Origin: Carcharhinus longimanus
Taxonomy: Eukaryota
DNA: 64,000 nt
Direction of reading: 5' to 3'
Assembly (NCBI GenBank): GCA_030264375.1
Contig: JASCQW010000061.1
Location: 64,930,420 to 64,994,419, forward strand
The notes under the pieces were generated by a model. That model did not search any database and was not told the origin of the DNA. It saw only the letters and a program-made list of their open reading frames with translations. This document shows, in pieces, positions 47,625 through 61,400 of this stretch. The stretch's first letter is position 1. Each line of letters begins with the position of its first letter. The translations under genes and the position numbers were made by a program.

Positions 47625-49950
47625 GATTTCTTACCAGATCTAGCCTACATATGATTCCAGACCCAGACCAGCGTACTGACTCTTCGTTGGCCTATCAAGC
47701 CACTCAGTTCTGTCAAACTGTGACAAAATCTGAAAGGAATGAAATTGGATTGACCAGTCCTGGGAACTGACAATGGTACAGCCCTGACAACCATGCAAAA
47801 TGTTCCTTCATAATGCCTGGGAACTTTTGCCAAAATTGAGAGAGCTGTCCCACAGACTAGTCAACAAAGGTTTAATACAGTTATATCAAACACCAAACCT
47901 TACAATGTCCCAGACACCACCATCACAAACCAGAGATGGAGCGGACCCACAAGAGGTGTGGCACAGTGGGATACAGTCAGGACAGAGTTGCCATGGGAAT
48001 CCTCAGCACTCACTCTGGACTCCATGAAGTCTCATGGCAGCAAACAATGGCAAGGAAATCTCTGCTGTTTACCACCTACTGCCCCTCCTCAGCCTGTTCC
48101 AAATTGATCATAATTTGGAAGAAGCACTATGAGTGGCAGAGGCATCAGTGTACCCTGGATGGGGATTTCAATGTCTATCACCAAGAGTGGCTCGGTAGCT
48201 CCACTATGGATCAAACTGGCCAGATCTTTAAGGACAAAGCTGCTAAATTTGGGTCAGCATCAGTTTTGAGGGAACTCACAAGAGAGAAAACACTGCCTGT
48301 CTCAGGTTCCTCTGTCTATGAAATCACTGATAGGAGTAACCACCACACAATTCTTGTGAAAACCAAGTCCTGTCTTCACATCAAGGACACCTTCCATCAT
48401 GTAGTGTGGCATTACTACCATGCTAAATGGAGTGCACTTTGAATAGATCTAGCAATTGGGCATCTATGAGGCAATGTGGGCCGTTAAAAATCAGCCCCAG
48501 CATGTCAGATGCCAGTCTTCAGCCAATACAATTCACTCCACATGATATCAAACAAATGGCTGAAGGCACTGGATCCTGCAGAGGCTATGAGTCCTAATAA
48601 CATCCAGCAATAGTACTGAAGACATGCTCCAGGGATGGCTCTGCCACTAGCCGAGTACAGCTACAGCGCAGACATCTGCTTGACAACGTAGAAAACCACC
48701 CAGCTATACCTGTGCAAAAAGCAGGACAAAGCCAACCTGGTCAATTTGGCCTATCAGTATGCTCTTGATCATCAGTAAAGTGATAGATGAGGTCAAAATA
48801 GTGCTATCAAGTGGCATTCAGCAAGCAATAACCTGTTCACTGACACTTCATTTGTGTTCCGCCATGGTCACTCAGCTTGCAATCTCATTTACAGCCTTGA
48901 TTCAAACATGGATAAAAGAGATGTGATAATAGTAACTACCCTTGACATAAAGGTACCATTTGACTAAGTGTGGTATCAAGAAGCCCTAGCATAACTGAAG
49001 TCAATTGGCATTGGGGAAAAACTCGACTGGTTGAGGTTACACCTAGCAGAAAGGAAGATAGTTGTGGTCATTGGAGGTCAATCATCTTAATCCCAGGACA
49101 TTGCTGTGGAAATTCTTCAAGATAGTATCTGAGGCCCAACCAACTTCAGCTGCTTCAGCAAAGATCTTCTCTCCATATAAAGATCAGAAATAGGGATCCA
49201 CTATATTCAGCTCATTTGGGGCTCCTCAGATAGTGAAGCAATCTGTGTCCATGTACTGCAAGACCTGGACTTCATTGCAAGTAACAAGTGCCAGGTAATG
49301 GCCAATTCCAAGAGAGAATTCAGTCACATCTCCTTGTTATTTAATGCTATCACTGAATCCCTCACTATCAATATCCTGGGGGTTTCCAATGAACAGAAAC
49401 TTAACAGAACTAGCTATATAAATACTACAGCTACAGAGACTTGGGATTCTGCAGTGCGTAATCCTTCTGATTGCAAAGGACTAGTCAGGAATGTAATGGA
49501 ATGCTCTCTACAGGCCTGGATGAGTGCAGCTCCAAAAACAGTCAAGAAGCTCATCCATGACAAAGCAACCTGCGTGATAGGTACCTCATTCACCATTTTA
49601 AAAGTAATTCCCTCCTCTACCTTGAGCATTTATTCCCTCCACCACCATTGCACAGGAGTAGCAGTCGTATCATCCACAAGATATATTGCAGCAACTCACC
49701 AAGACTCCTTCAACAGCATCTTCTAAACCTGCAGCCACACACTATCCTGATTGGCAAATATACTTATCTTCACTGCTGCTGGTTAAAATCCTGAAACTCC
49801 TTCCTGAACATCATTCTGAGTGTAGCTACTACACATGGACTGCAGTGGTTCAAGAAGGCAGCTCATCATCACATTCTCAAGGGCAATTAGGGATAGACAA
49901 TAACTGTTGGCCTAGCCAGTGACACCCATATCCACAGAACAAATAAAAAG
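47625..49950 (+). mobile_element. Single-ORF CR1/L2-group LINE (APE endonuclease plus RT), decayed with internal deletions
   Basis: NAWELLPKLRELSHRLV, GDFNVYHQEWLGS and RSNHHTILV endonuclease motifs. RT remnants at ~48560-49200. Tail gggcaattagggatagacaataactgttggcctagccagtgacacccat. Confidence 0.85.
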
Positions 49951-50049
49951 AACATTGAATTCAATAATTTCAAAACATAACCTCTGACCCATTTTTTGCT
50001 ACAATTACTGTTGATAATGATTCTGCTGTTCTCAGTTGTACTGCCACTA

Positions 50050-50610
50050 GACCCAACTTTTGCCCCAATTGCCTTGTGCCATCAACCCTTTAGACATTTA
50101 ACCTCTCTTGCCTTCCACATTATCAAATACATTCCATTTTGTTTGTTCTCCGCCCCCTTCCCCTGCCTCTGTATTTGATTAAACCAATTACGTGTCTTTT
50201 TTTAGTTTTAATGGAAGATCGCTGGGGAGCACAGTGGCATGATTGTTAGCACTGCTGCCTCACAATGCCAGGGCCTCAGGTTCAATTCTGGCCTCAGGTC
50301 ACTGTCTATGTGGCACTTGCATGTTCTCCCTGTGTCTGCGTGGGTTTCCTCCGGCTGCTTTGGTTTCCTCACTCAGTCCATAGTTGTACGGGTTAGGTGG
50401 ATTGCCATGCTAAATTGTCCCATAGTGTCAGAGGAACTAGCAGGGTAAATCTATGGGGTTACAGGGATTGGCCCTGGGTGGGATTGATGTTAGTGCAGGT
50501 TCGATGGGCCAAATGGCCTCCTCCTGCACTGTCAGGATTCTATGATTCTGATAAAACATTTCTCTCTCCACAGGTAGTGCCTGTCCAGTTCAGTACTTTG
50601 TTTTTATGGA
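50050..50610 (+). mobile_element. Penelope-type terminal fragment interrupted by a SINE
   Basis: Pyrimidine-rich tract, then ggaagatc | SINE | aaaacatttctctctccacag. Confidence 0.45.
50224..50550 (+). mobile_element. HE1-like V-SINE, full length, CR1-type tail
   Basis: Head, V-core and gggccaaatggcctcctcctgcactgtcaggattctatgattctg. Confidence 0.9.
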
Positions 50611-50949
50611 CATGGACTACAGAAGTTATAGAACATTACTCACCATCACCTTCTCAAGAGCAATTAAGGATGGGCAATAAATGCTAGCTAGCTATGCCCA
50701 CGTCCTGTGAAAGAATAGATTTTAAAAATCTGAGAATTTACAGCATGTGCACAATTTCCTTTTTAACTTTGATAATGAATGGAATGACACACATTAATGG
50801 GGAGCAATAGGGAGATGCTCAAGGGCTGGCTGGTTGGTTGTAGGGCTGCCTTGCATCAGTGGCATTGATTGAAGGGTGGGCAAAGTGACATTGCATTCAT
50901 TGTGACATAGTCTTCTGATACAATCTAAGGGAGCTTTGAATTGAGGATA

Positions 50950-51750
50950 TCACTAGCAGAAAAATAAGTAGCAAGTGATAGTTACATCACCATTTATCGC
51001 CTTCCTTGTTTTCTTCCTCATGTTGATCATCTGAGCAGATCTGAGCTGCCTAAGCTCCTACAGGTCTAAGCTTTACAATTGCACAATGTTGTGCAGAACA
51101 CAGCAAACCACAAATCATTTGGACACTCCTGGCTGCTATCTTTCAGTGTGCACCAGAAGCACATATTCAGCATTTGATGGCTTGCCCAATCCCACATCTG
51201 GTGGTTGTATGGGCATTCATTGTATACTTACTGCATTGGGTTTTTCACATTTCCAACAGGTGTCACCAAACAAGTTTGAAGTAGATTTCCCTCATCTCTG
51301 AGTAGCCACACCTTAAATCTGCTTCCTGGTCCAAAGGTGTCAATGAGCTTGCACTGCCTCAGAACGAAAATATCACAGCAGCTGTTTGAGAATCTTATAA
51401 ATAACTGGGAAAATATCTGCACACCAGATATTAATGGAGTGGAAGCCTTGCAGTTGACAAATATTCCTGGTTGACCTCAGGATGCCTGATTACCGTGTGT
51501 ATGCCATTGAAAATGCTCTGAACCTGAGTGTGCCAAGCCAAGGCTGCAAAGGCTAAACAGTTACTCATTTTGCCCAGCATCATCCCAGCCTAAATACCTA
51601 TCTCTGCAAATAAGGTTGTCTAAACGGATTTGTGGAAGGTTGACCAATAGATCCTGAATACATCTTTGGCAGACTCCAGGAAGCAAAGAAAGTTGAAAGC
51701 AGTGGTGACTTTGACATTGATACTGTGAGACCTTCAGCACTGACCTCATT
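50950..51750 (-). pseudogene. Second, older Harbinger transposase fossil
   Basis: The minus strand gives VKVTTAFNF, a frameshifted VNCK.FHSINI, FSNSCCDIFVLRQ, NAHTTTRC and FVVCCVLHNIVQ. Confidence 0.7.
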
Positions 51751-52419
51751 AAAGTATACAGGGCTGAGCATGGTCATTAAGTGTAATTAATCCTGGTGTG
51801 TGCCGCTTTCAATATGAGCACATCCAGCTGTTCTATAAAGCCACAAAATATGTCATGCTATATTGATTATGAGTGGGTCGTGCCAGAGGTCCCAATCAGT
51901 CACATTTGTAAGGGGGTTGAACATTGCCTAGAAATGTATTCTTTCTTTAGGTATGCAGGCTCAGCCAACTCACTTCTGGCCTTCGAGTCCCATCCACAGC
52001 TTTGCCTTTTCCGCTGTCATTATCTCTGTCTGTATTTTATAAGGCTCCCAGAAAGAGCAGAACATGAAATATTCGCACCCTGATCTAACTGACAACTTTA
52101 TTGCACCCTAGCAGTGGTCTTCTCTGATTTTAAGCTTAAGCACATCAAAGATCCTCCCGATAATTTCACTGTAAAGATATTGCTGCATTAAACCTTAAGA
52201 AATTGGTCACTTTGGTCAATGTGTAACTCAATCAATAGAATGTTCCATTGTCAACCAAAACAGATGGGGCCAGATGTAATTTAATGATTTGATAATAATG
52301 CTCTGCAAGTGGGAATATAAATCTCAAGATGTTAACAGCTGCAAATGTCATAAAAATCATTGATAAAAACACCCAGGAGTTAGGCAAATATGAAAAACAT
52401 CAAGAAAATTGATTAACTG

Positions 52420-52735
52420 AGTAAATACAGGAAGGATGTTTCTCCTGGCTGGAAGGTGCAGAGCCTGGAGTGCAGTCTCAGAGTAAGAGGGAGGTCACTT
52501 AGAATTGAGATGAGGAAGAATTTTTATACTCAGACGATGGTGAATGTTTGTAATATTCTCCCTCCGAGGGCTGTATGTTCAAGACAGAGATCACTGGATC
52601 GCTAGATATCAGGGGATAGGAGGAAAGTGTGGGAAAATAGCATTGCAGTAGATTAGGCTGATCAAGTTGAATGGCCGAGCAGGCTCAAGGGGCTGAATGA
52701 CCAATCCTTGCTCCTATTTCCTATGTTTCTAATGA
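52420..52735 (+). mobile_element. CR1 LINE 3' end
   Basis: gagatgaggaagaatttt...gagcaggctcaaggggctgaatgacc...ctcctatttcctatg. Confidence 0.8.
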
Positions 52736-52850
52736 AGATGGATTATCTATTTGGCCAATAACAATTCAAAAATTCGAATTTTAAAGGGAGACCTGAATTT
52801 ATTTTGCACTTTTCACAATTTCAGGAAGCCCCAAAATACTTTATAAGGGA

Positions 52851-53565
52851 ATGGTAGCATTATGGTAATTTTACTAGAATAACAATCCAGAGGCCTGGAT
52901 TAACGTGCTGGAGACGGGAGTTCACATCTCACCAGAGCAACTGGGAGAAATTTAAATTCAATTAATTACTAAAAATGGAATAAAAAGCTAGCACTGTTGA
53001 TGATCGTGGAATATGATTGTCCTAAAACTCATTGGGTTGATTCACACCTTTAAGAGAAAGAAATCTATCCTGATGGATTCTAACCTATACATAAACTCCA
53101 GGCCCACAGCAAAGTGGTTCACTTTTAATTGCTCTCCGAAATGGCATAAAACCAAACAGACAACCCAGTGTTAACCTAGGCACCAGAAACAACAAAGGTT
53201 CATCCTGCTCAGTTGAACTCTGAACAGCTGAGGACTTGTATCACAATTGGGGCAGCTGCTCCATAGACTAATATGTTGCAGTTAGAGTTAGACCCCCTGA
53301 AAGTTCCTTTCCAAGCCACATACCATCCTGACTTGGAACTATATTACTGTTCCTTCACTGTCACTGGGTCAAAATCCTGGAACTTCCTTCCCAACGGCAC
53401 TGTGGGTATACCTTTACATCATGAACCACAGTGGTTCCCACGATGGTAATTCACCATCACCTCCACGAGGGCAATTAGGGACATCTTTTTGTGCATGAGG
53501 GCAGTTAGGGAAGGGCAACAGGTTCTGGTCTGATCAATAATACTTACATTGCACGAATGAGAAAA
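52851..53565 (+). mobile_element. tRNA-headed bipartite element: SINE2 head and body, LINE ORF start, LINE 3' end
   Basis: A/B-box-like head; body; gaggacttgtatcacaattggggcagctgctccatagacta (cf. 47818-47860); then the LINE tail (cf. 49735-49950). Confidence 0.7.
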
Positions 53566-53885
53566 ATGTCATTATTATTGTGATAGACAGACAATTTGGG
53601 CACAGCAAACTCCATAACAACAATATGATATCAACCAGGTAATCTATTTCAAGATTTGCTGAGGGGTAAATATTGATTAGAGTACTGGGGAGAACTTCCC
53701 TTCTCTTCAAAATAGGTGAACAAAAAATACCCCATGGCACTGAGTGGACAGTTTAATGTTTCATCCAAAGATACCTTTGATACTTCTGCACTGAACTCTC
53801 AAATTAAATTCTGTGCTTAAGTCTCTGGAGCAGGATTTGAATCCACAGCTTTTCGACTCAAATGACAGTGCTACCACTGTGCTAT
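53565..53885 (-). mobile_element. DeuSINE (SacSINE1-like)
   Basis: The minus strand has a tRNA-like head and the Deu-domain string ctttggatgaaacattaaac...ttgaagagaagggaagttctcccc...aatatttacccctcagc. Confidence 0.7.
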
Positions 53886-56024
53886 TTAGGTCAAAATAAA
53901 ACAATTATCTTTTTAAAAGCGATGAATTGGAAATGGATTAAGAACAACAGTTTTAAATGAACCCATGGGCCACATCTTCCAGTCAATGGCAATGCTAGAG
54001 TGACTAAAAAAAATTGCAACCTTGCCTTTCTCTGTCTTTGCAGTCAGATCTTCCAGTCCTGACTGCATTAGCAATCTATGGGTGTGGCCATCATGGTGAG
54101 CATGGTGAAGAGGAGCAGGGACGAGGACACACCCCCCCCTTTAAACATACCAAGTATTGGTGTTCAGATAAATGTTTAAAAGGTCTTCAGGATTTGGATG
54201 GTGTGACACAGTGCAGAAGGTGTGGACTTGGGTAGTTGGGGGTAAGGGGGTTGTTAGGGGCATGGGTAATTGAATCGGGGGGCATTCAAAATAGGGGATA
54301 GTTGATTTGGGTGGGGAGAGGATGAGTTCTCTAAGTCCCTCATTTCAGTTTACCTTTATGATAAATACTTCAGTCCCCATTTTTAAATGGACCATTGTAT
54401 ACCCATCCGTCTTTGGATCAGTGATCTCTGGTTAGAATAATTCCAACCAAGTGATTGTTAACAAATTCCTAGTTTAGCTTTAAAGCAATAGAAAGGAGGA
54501 GGTTTTATCTCTCAAAGATTCTGCTAATGTCATTTTTCCTTGGAACAATTACTCTCATTGTGAAGAATGAAAATACCAGAAAGGAGACCTTTACCAAGAG
54601 AATTGTGTGCATGATGTCACGTTTGGTAATTTTAAAAATTGACTATTCCCACAAATGGCCATTGTTGTTAATGTAATCATTACTGTTCTGGTAACCACCA
54701 CACAGGATAAATTTATGATGCTGTCAAATAATGCGCATATGCGTCAGGAATTATGTTCGCAGTAGGTTAGATCAGCTAGCTGTCCATAGACAGCTAAATG
54801 CCAAGACAGAAGAATTTTAAATGGATATAATGACCAGTTTAAATTCATGGTGGTTTGACAATTCGCTTAATATCTATTACAGTATGGGTTTCTCAATGAG
54901 ACAGATTGAAGTTAGTCAAGTCTCTATTAATATGTTGTATGGGTAACAGAAACAAATTCAGACAGGCAGAGGTATTGGAGAGAGAGCAACGGCAGCAGCA
55001 GCAATAGTCACGATGAAAATCAGCAGAGCTGTTTAGTGAAGACATCGCAATCANNNNNNNNNNNNNNNNNNNNNNNNNNNNNNNNNNNNNNNNNNNNNNN
55101 NNNNNNNNNNNNNNNNNNNNNNNNNNNNNNNNNNNNNNNNNNNNNNNNNNNNNNNNNNNNNNNNNNNNNNNNNNNNNNNNNNNNNNNNNNNNNNNNNNNN
55201 NNNNNNNNNNNNNNNNNNNNNNNNNNNNNNNNNNNNNNNNNNNNNNNNNNNNNNNNNNNNNNNNNNNNNNNNNNNNNNNNNNNNNNNNNNNNNNNNNNNN
55301 NNNNNNNNNNNNNNNNNNNNNNNNNNNNNNNNNNNNNNNNNNNNNNNNNNNNNNNNNNNNNNNNNNTGGTCATCACAACTGGTTTTGGTTTATGAAAAAT
55401 GGGTGGTTGGAAACTATGAAGGAAGTTGATGGTAACATACCTCAAAGATGCCTTAAAAAGCTTCAAGACAGCATAGAAGTTCCAGATTTCAAAGTAATAA
55501 TAGCAGTGACAGTTATTTGCAGAAACATCAAAACAATGAATTTTGGGATAGTTGATGTGTTTTTGTTGCTTTATCAAATGTTGGAGGGAAAGTTTTAGTA
55601 GTCTGCGGTTGTTTGTTCACTCACCCATATTTTACAAACTAAGCCAGCTCCTTAATGTGTCACTGACCTGAACTTAACAATGTTCATCTCATCTATTGAA
55701 AGATTGGAGAAGGGCACGTGGGGGTACATGTGAATTTACCATAGCTAATTTATATTTCAAGAGGCATTATTACAGCCCCTAAGTAATACGAATGCATATA
55801 TTAAACAATGCTAGTTAATTTTGGGATCTAAAAGCCATGCAGACCAGTTACAGAGATAACTTGCTCCACTGAAGCTAGGAGAATATCTACAGCAGATGTA
55901 TAGTGCCAGTGTCAGGTATATCCCCCTGCCCTTCCTCAGCTGAATAACAGGTGAGAGCCCACGTCACTTCTGTGGGAGAATGTCCAGTGTGATTTTGTCC
56001 TTCCACACATTCAAATCCCCAGTG

Positions 56025-57234
56025 GGGTGAAAATTCTCCTCCCGAGACCTGCCAGCCTACCAGAGATTGGCAGCTCTGCATTGCCAGCAGCTCCTCTGGG
56101 TGCAATGGGTGCTGCCAGTAATAGAATGAGGCCTGGTTGCTGGATCCCTGGACACAGTAAATGGGACAGGATGGGGTTGTGGGGAGTGGTGTTAGGGGTC
56201 GTTGGAGACAAGAGCAGGGGTGTGGCTTTCAGCTGTTCCCACTTCTCAATGCCAGGTCCCTCAAACAGCTTCTAAGTGCCTGACAATGAGACAAGGATGC
56301 AAGCAAACCCAACATGGATTGCTTACAGGAGGCACAGGCAAGCAGTACAAGTCCTATTAAAAACCAGAACTAGGACTAAATTCTGCTGGGCTCAGGGATG
56401 ATTACTCTCAGGTGGCTCAATAATGAGTCTACCTGACATTCCATAGCTGTTGGGGTGGTTTCCCACATTGGGCACTTCCCATTTCCAAATACAGAGGGAA
56501 TCCAATGACATCTATCTAATTCTTTTGGACCACCTGCCATCATGCCTGTTTGTGACACTTTATCACATCCTCAAGATGTTCCATTGCATGGCAGTCATCA
56601 TTTGAACATGAAGAATGGGCAAAGGTCTACTGATTAATGTTTTATCTGACTAATGGAGGTCATCACCGGCAAACATCATAGACTGTCCTCTCCAATGGGG
56701 ACCTGATGTGAAGCAGCTCGTGGGTGGTCAGGGTGGGGACAGAGCCAGGGCAGTGCCCCTTGGCCAGTGCCAGCCTGGTACCCTGGCACTGCCCACCAGG
56801 GGCCAGGCTCGACAGGGCAGGATTTTGACAGAGGCAGACCCAGGCAGGGGAAGTGATGTTGGTAGGAGAGGCGGGAAGTGGGTGTCTGCATCGGGCTGCC
56901 GGGTGATGGAGCTGAGGGTTGGGGCTGGCGATCAGGGTGGTGGCAATTGGAGGGGAGGTAGGTTGGTCCGCCAGTCAAGAGGCTGATGATTGGGGGTGGG
57001 GACACAAGGTTGATAGATCTTCCAGAATACTGTATACACATATAATAGTGCCCCTATCAGTCTGCAGCCAACTTCCCAGTGTAAATAGGCTCCCCTATTG
57101 GCAGGAATCGGATTATGACCTCTGTATTGCACAGGATGCCATACATTCGCATAACTTCACTAGTAAAATGGGTGAGTAAACCTTTTATTTCCTCGCACAT
57201 TTGCACTTAGCATTTTTCTGAGAAAATTCCACCC
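56025..57234. mobile_element. Non-autonomous Harbinger-type element(s), possibly nested
   Basis: Ends gggtgaaaattctcc and gagaaaattccaccc are imperfect inverted repeats. G-rich interior and an internal end-like motif at ~56373. Confidence 0.45.
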
Positions 57235-57475
57235 TAAATGTTGCACATACTTCCCATCAATACCATGATCACCAAGGATGCATCATAACAGATGATACAC
57301 ACCACCAGATATTTCCTTTCATTCTCCAATCTCATTTTAAAGTAATCTTGTTTTTAAGCTCAGCTAAAAAGCAGTTATATCACCTTCTTGATGGCCCTTT
57401 CTCATAGTTTTATTTGGGGTGTTACTAGTTCAAAACCTAAAATAAAGACACAGCAGGATTGTATCACACAACATA

Positions 57476-57724
57476 GCTTTTTGATAAGAGAGGGGATTAA
57501 GGGTTATGGGGAGAGGGCCGGAAAGTGGAACTGAGCCATGACAGATCAGCCANNNNNNNNNNNNNNNNNNNNNNNNNNNNNNNNNNNNNNNNNNNNNNNN
57601 NNNNNNNNNNNNNNNNNNNNNNNNNNNNNNNNNNNNNNNNNNNNNNNNNNNNGGGGCAGGCTCGAAGGGCCAGATGGCCTACTCCTGCTCCTATTTCTTA
57701 TGTTCTTATGTTCTTATGTTCTTA
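57476..57724 (+). mobile_element. Young CR1 3' end with (TTCTTATG)n tail, spanning a gap
   Basis: CpGs retained. Possible TSD aacata. Differs from 63623-63686 at one position over the shared ~63 bp. Confidence 0.85.
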
Positions 57725-58455
57725 AACATATGCATTCATGTGTACATTAAGGTCTAAACAGAAAGCTGTGTTCATGAGTAGATTACAATTATCTAAGAGC
57801 ATTTGGGTAATAATTGCAGCCTTACAGATATTCTCTTTCAACTACATTTTCAGGGTTTTTAAATTTTAAGATATAACTACAGAACTCAATAAAAAATGTA
57901 AGTGAATGCAAGTAATTCTTTCACACAAAATGGATTTCTTAACCATATGTTAGTCTTTTAACAGTTGGGAGCCAGTAGCATTGCTGTTCCAGAGATAGTA
58001 TAAGACAGAGCATAATAAAAGTTTTATTTTCTTATACCAACATAATAGTACATCAAAATACAAAACACTGTGTAATGGATTGTGGATTGACAGTCTTTTC
58101 CTGCAGTTTAGTAACTGCAACATTTTACAAGAATATTGGAAAAATTAATAAAATGCAAAGTAATATATTTCAGTTTTATCATGACTAAATATACCCATCA
58201 CGTTCACACCAAAATTTGTGTTCACACCAAAATTAACATGCAAGGAGATTTTAATGATAGAATCCCTTCATGACACAGCACACGAGATGGTAATTTGATC
58301 CACCTTGACTGTACTGACTTCTGAAACTACCCAATTAATCCTAATCCCCTGCTCTTTGTCCATAGCCCTGCAATTTTTCAATTTTTTAATCCAATTTCCT
58401 CGTAAACCGTGATGTTAAATTCATTTCTGCCATCCTTTCAGGCATTGCATTCCAG

Positions 58456-61400
58456 GTAATACAGGAGAAGCAGGGTTAACATGGGATTGAATAAAGTACC
58501 GTCCACACAGTGTGGAAGAAGGCAGATGGCCCAGACACAGGGTCAGTACATGCTGTTGAGCAAAGATGGATATAGACCTAAGCATGGGGACAGCTCCCAG
58601 CTTGTACTTTTCGCTGTACATGTACAAAAAGTTCTAGTTGTTTAAGACTTATAGTTAACCTATATAAGACTATGGAGACTTTTTTTTAAAGAAATACCAA
58701 TCAGTAACCAACACCCTCCCAACATGATGGCAGCGGGCAGATAAAAACCCAGAACCTTGCTGAAATGCAGAAACAAACTGAAAATACTGGAAGACTGAGA
58801 AAAATTCAACGGAGCATTCTGACTAGAAAGAAGCTTCAGAAGAAGCAGATGTGCAGAGAAAAAATTGCCAGACAAAGCTTCAAAGAAAGGTTTGGAAGCC
58901 GAAGACAGGAATCTAACATTCCTGAGCTACAACAGAAAAATCTTCACTGCAGAGTCGACTCAAAGGTGGGTTAAATCTTTCAAAATGCCAGGCTGCAGCA
59001 CGTCTTGAGAACTCAAGTAACTCAGTGCAGAAGTACCATTTGAAACAAACCTGTACTAAAACCCATTTCCTGAGTCAGAGTCTGGAAACATGGCTTCCAA
59101 CCAATGAAAAAAAAATTAATTATGCTGGGAATGTTGTGATTGCCCAGCTCAGTAACAAACAAACAGATGCTCCAATTCGACTGATTCAACAGTTTACAAA
59201 GTAAACAGCAGAACCAAAGAAGTCAGCAGGCAGCTGATCCAGACAACCATTGTTAAAAATGTTTTTCAAGAAGAGTGCTGTTAGCATTTTACAGATTCCA
59301 CCAAAAGTGGCAAGCGCAGCAAATGTCATTATTGTCGAGTGATCAGCGGTACTGTCTTGCAATATGGACAGCTTTAAAACTGCACATTCACTTTTAAATT
59401 TTTTTAACATGGATCATAATTCCGCACTCCAAGTCAATTCAGACTAATCCAAGGCCCAGACAAATCACAAGCTGTTTTACTTGATAGGCCCAATTGCAGA
59501 AAAGACAAAGAATTAGCAAATTTTCTGCAAAATTCAAAGAGGTATTAAAATCATTTGACATTTATTTTAATATAAGAATCAATAACATACCTCAAAGAGC
59601 TAAATTTTATAAGAGAGTCCAATTGCCAGAGTAAGCAGTCGATTTATTCATCATTGATCTGTACCGGATGGCAAGACAATTATGAAAGTGCAGATTTGAA
59701 GTCTTAATTAATAGGGTAGAAGTAAAAGTTGATGTGTTCTTTGACCTCCTACAAGCAAAGAAGGATCTAACACTGGAAAAGACAATCCAGATAGTTAGAA
59801 AGTCAGAACTTAGTGAGTAGGACAGAACAATATTCAGGGGAAAAGATAAAACATGATGCGGAGACCAACACTCAGTCCAGCTTGCTAGGCCACAGGGACA
59901 TTCCAAGCCAGGGAAAACAATTGCTGGACCAACCTGCAGAGCAACCATGTCAATTGCTGAGGAATGAAGATCCCCACAGGCTAGATCAATGCCCAGCAAG
60001 TGCCGCCCAATGCTTCCAGTGCAACATGATTGGATACTANNNNNNNNNNCAAGGCAAGAACTCTGGAATGCGTGCAAGGTCAAAAGATTGCCACAAGGTC
60101 AAGACCGCAAGCCCAGATTCACACAGCCATGCTTCCTGGGTGAAGTCAAAGATCTTGGTTTCTCATTTTGGAATGTGGACATTTCAGTCAATGATCATTT
60201 AAACAAAATTTAAATTAAATAAAGGAGCTAATATGATAATCTTATCAGACAAAGAACCAAAGATGCCTGGCTTCAAATAGCAGACACACCATTCTACAGG
60301 ACCAGAGGAATCCAACCTCCAGAAATTGATATGATTGGAACCATTGAGGTAGGGCAGGAAACAGATCTTCAAGCTGACGTATATCCTCCATAACCAGTCT
60401 GTCTCTTGCAGAGATGCCTGCATAGCATTCAACTTCCTCAAGACGGCAGATGATATCAAGGCAATCACTCTCATTAACGAAACAGAACTGCAAGCTTCTG
60501 AGTAATCAAAGAGTATCCTGACTGCAACTTCAGCTCTGAACTGTCTTCTGTCTTTGCTGAGCAAGTTGCTCATTCTCATTACAGATCCCAGTTAACCCTC
60601 AATAATCAGACCAGCCAACAACACAGAACATAAGCAAAACACCTCCAGTGGAAGAGGCCCCAACAACAGTACAGCAGGTCAACCACCCTGCAAACAATGT
60701 AACTCCTAGTTGGCATGCCAAAGCCTCAAGGCATAATGGAACCTGGTAGCGGCTGTCTGTGGCCGACATTGAAAAGCAGTAATGGACATACCACTAAGTC
60801 TTCCTCTTGCTACATGAATGCTCTGTCTCAGCCACAGAAATAACCCATATGATGATGGAAGAGGAAAAAGAAACAACAAGGATCTAAACAAAATATTCAT
60901 CCACCACACAAGAAATAGAATCAAATAGCAGCAACCGTTCATCAAAGCAACAGCCAGGCAAACCAAATACAGTTCAACATGAGAGAATGGAAGAAAAGAA
61001 TGAAAGCATACTCAGATGCCAATTCAATCTCCAAGTCAATAGCAACGACAGAGCCTACCATTCCTCCAACAGAACTGAGATATGGAAGGCTTATAAGGCC
61101 TTTAGACTCCTGAATATTTAAATTCAAGGACTTGAAGTGAGGGGACAATGTAGTAACAGCAATATAAATGTATGGAACTGATAACAATGTAAGACATGAA
61201 GCAAACTAGCATAAATACATTGGATAAACACGTGGGGTGGAGGGAGCATTTGGGTTAATGTGGGACTACGTACAATAGTGTTCACACAATAATCTGAGAA
61301 GACACATGACTGAGACTCATGATCAATGTGGTATTAATCAGAGATGTGTATTGATATAAATATAAAGGAAGCTCCAAGCTTGTACTCTTTATCGTAGGTG

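Noticed and set aside
55020-55577. Long ORFs running through N runs (also at 11148, 22592, 29504, 31272, 57525, 61639 and 63359)
   Set aside because: Artefacts of gaps that contain no stop codons.
58202-58234. 18-bp tandem duplication (gttcacaccaaaatt) and similar micro-duplications, e.g. 5380-5398
   Set aside because: Ordinary slippage events with no sign of function.
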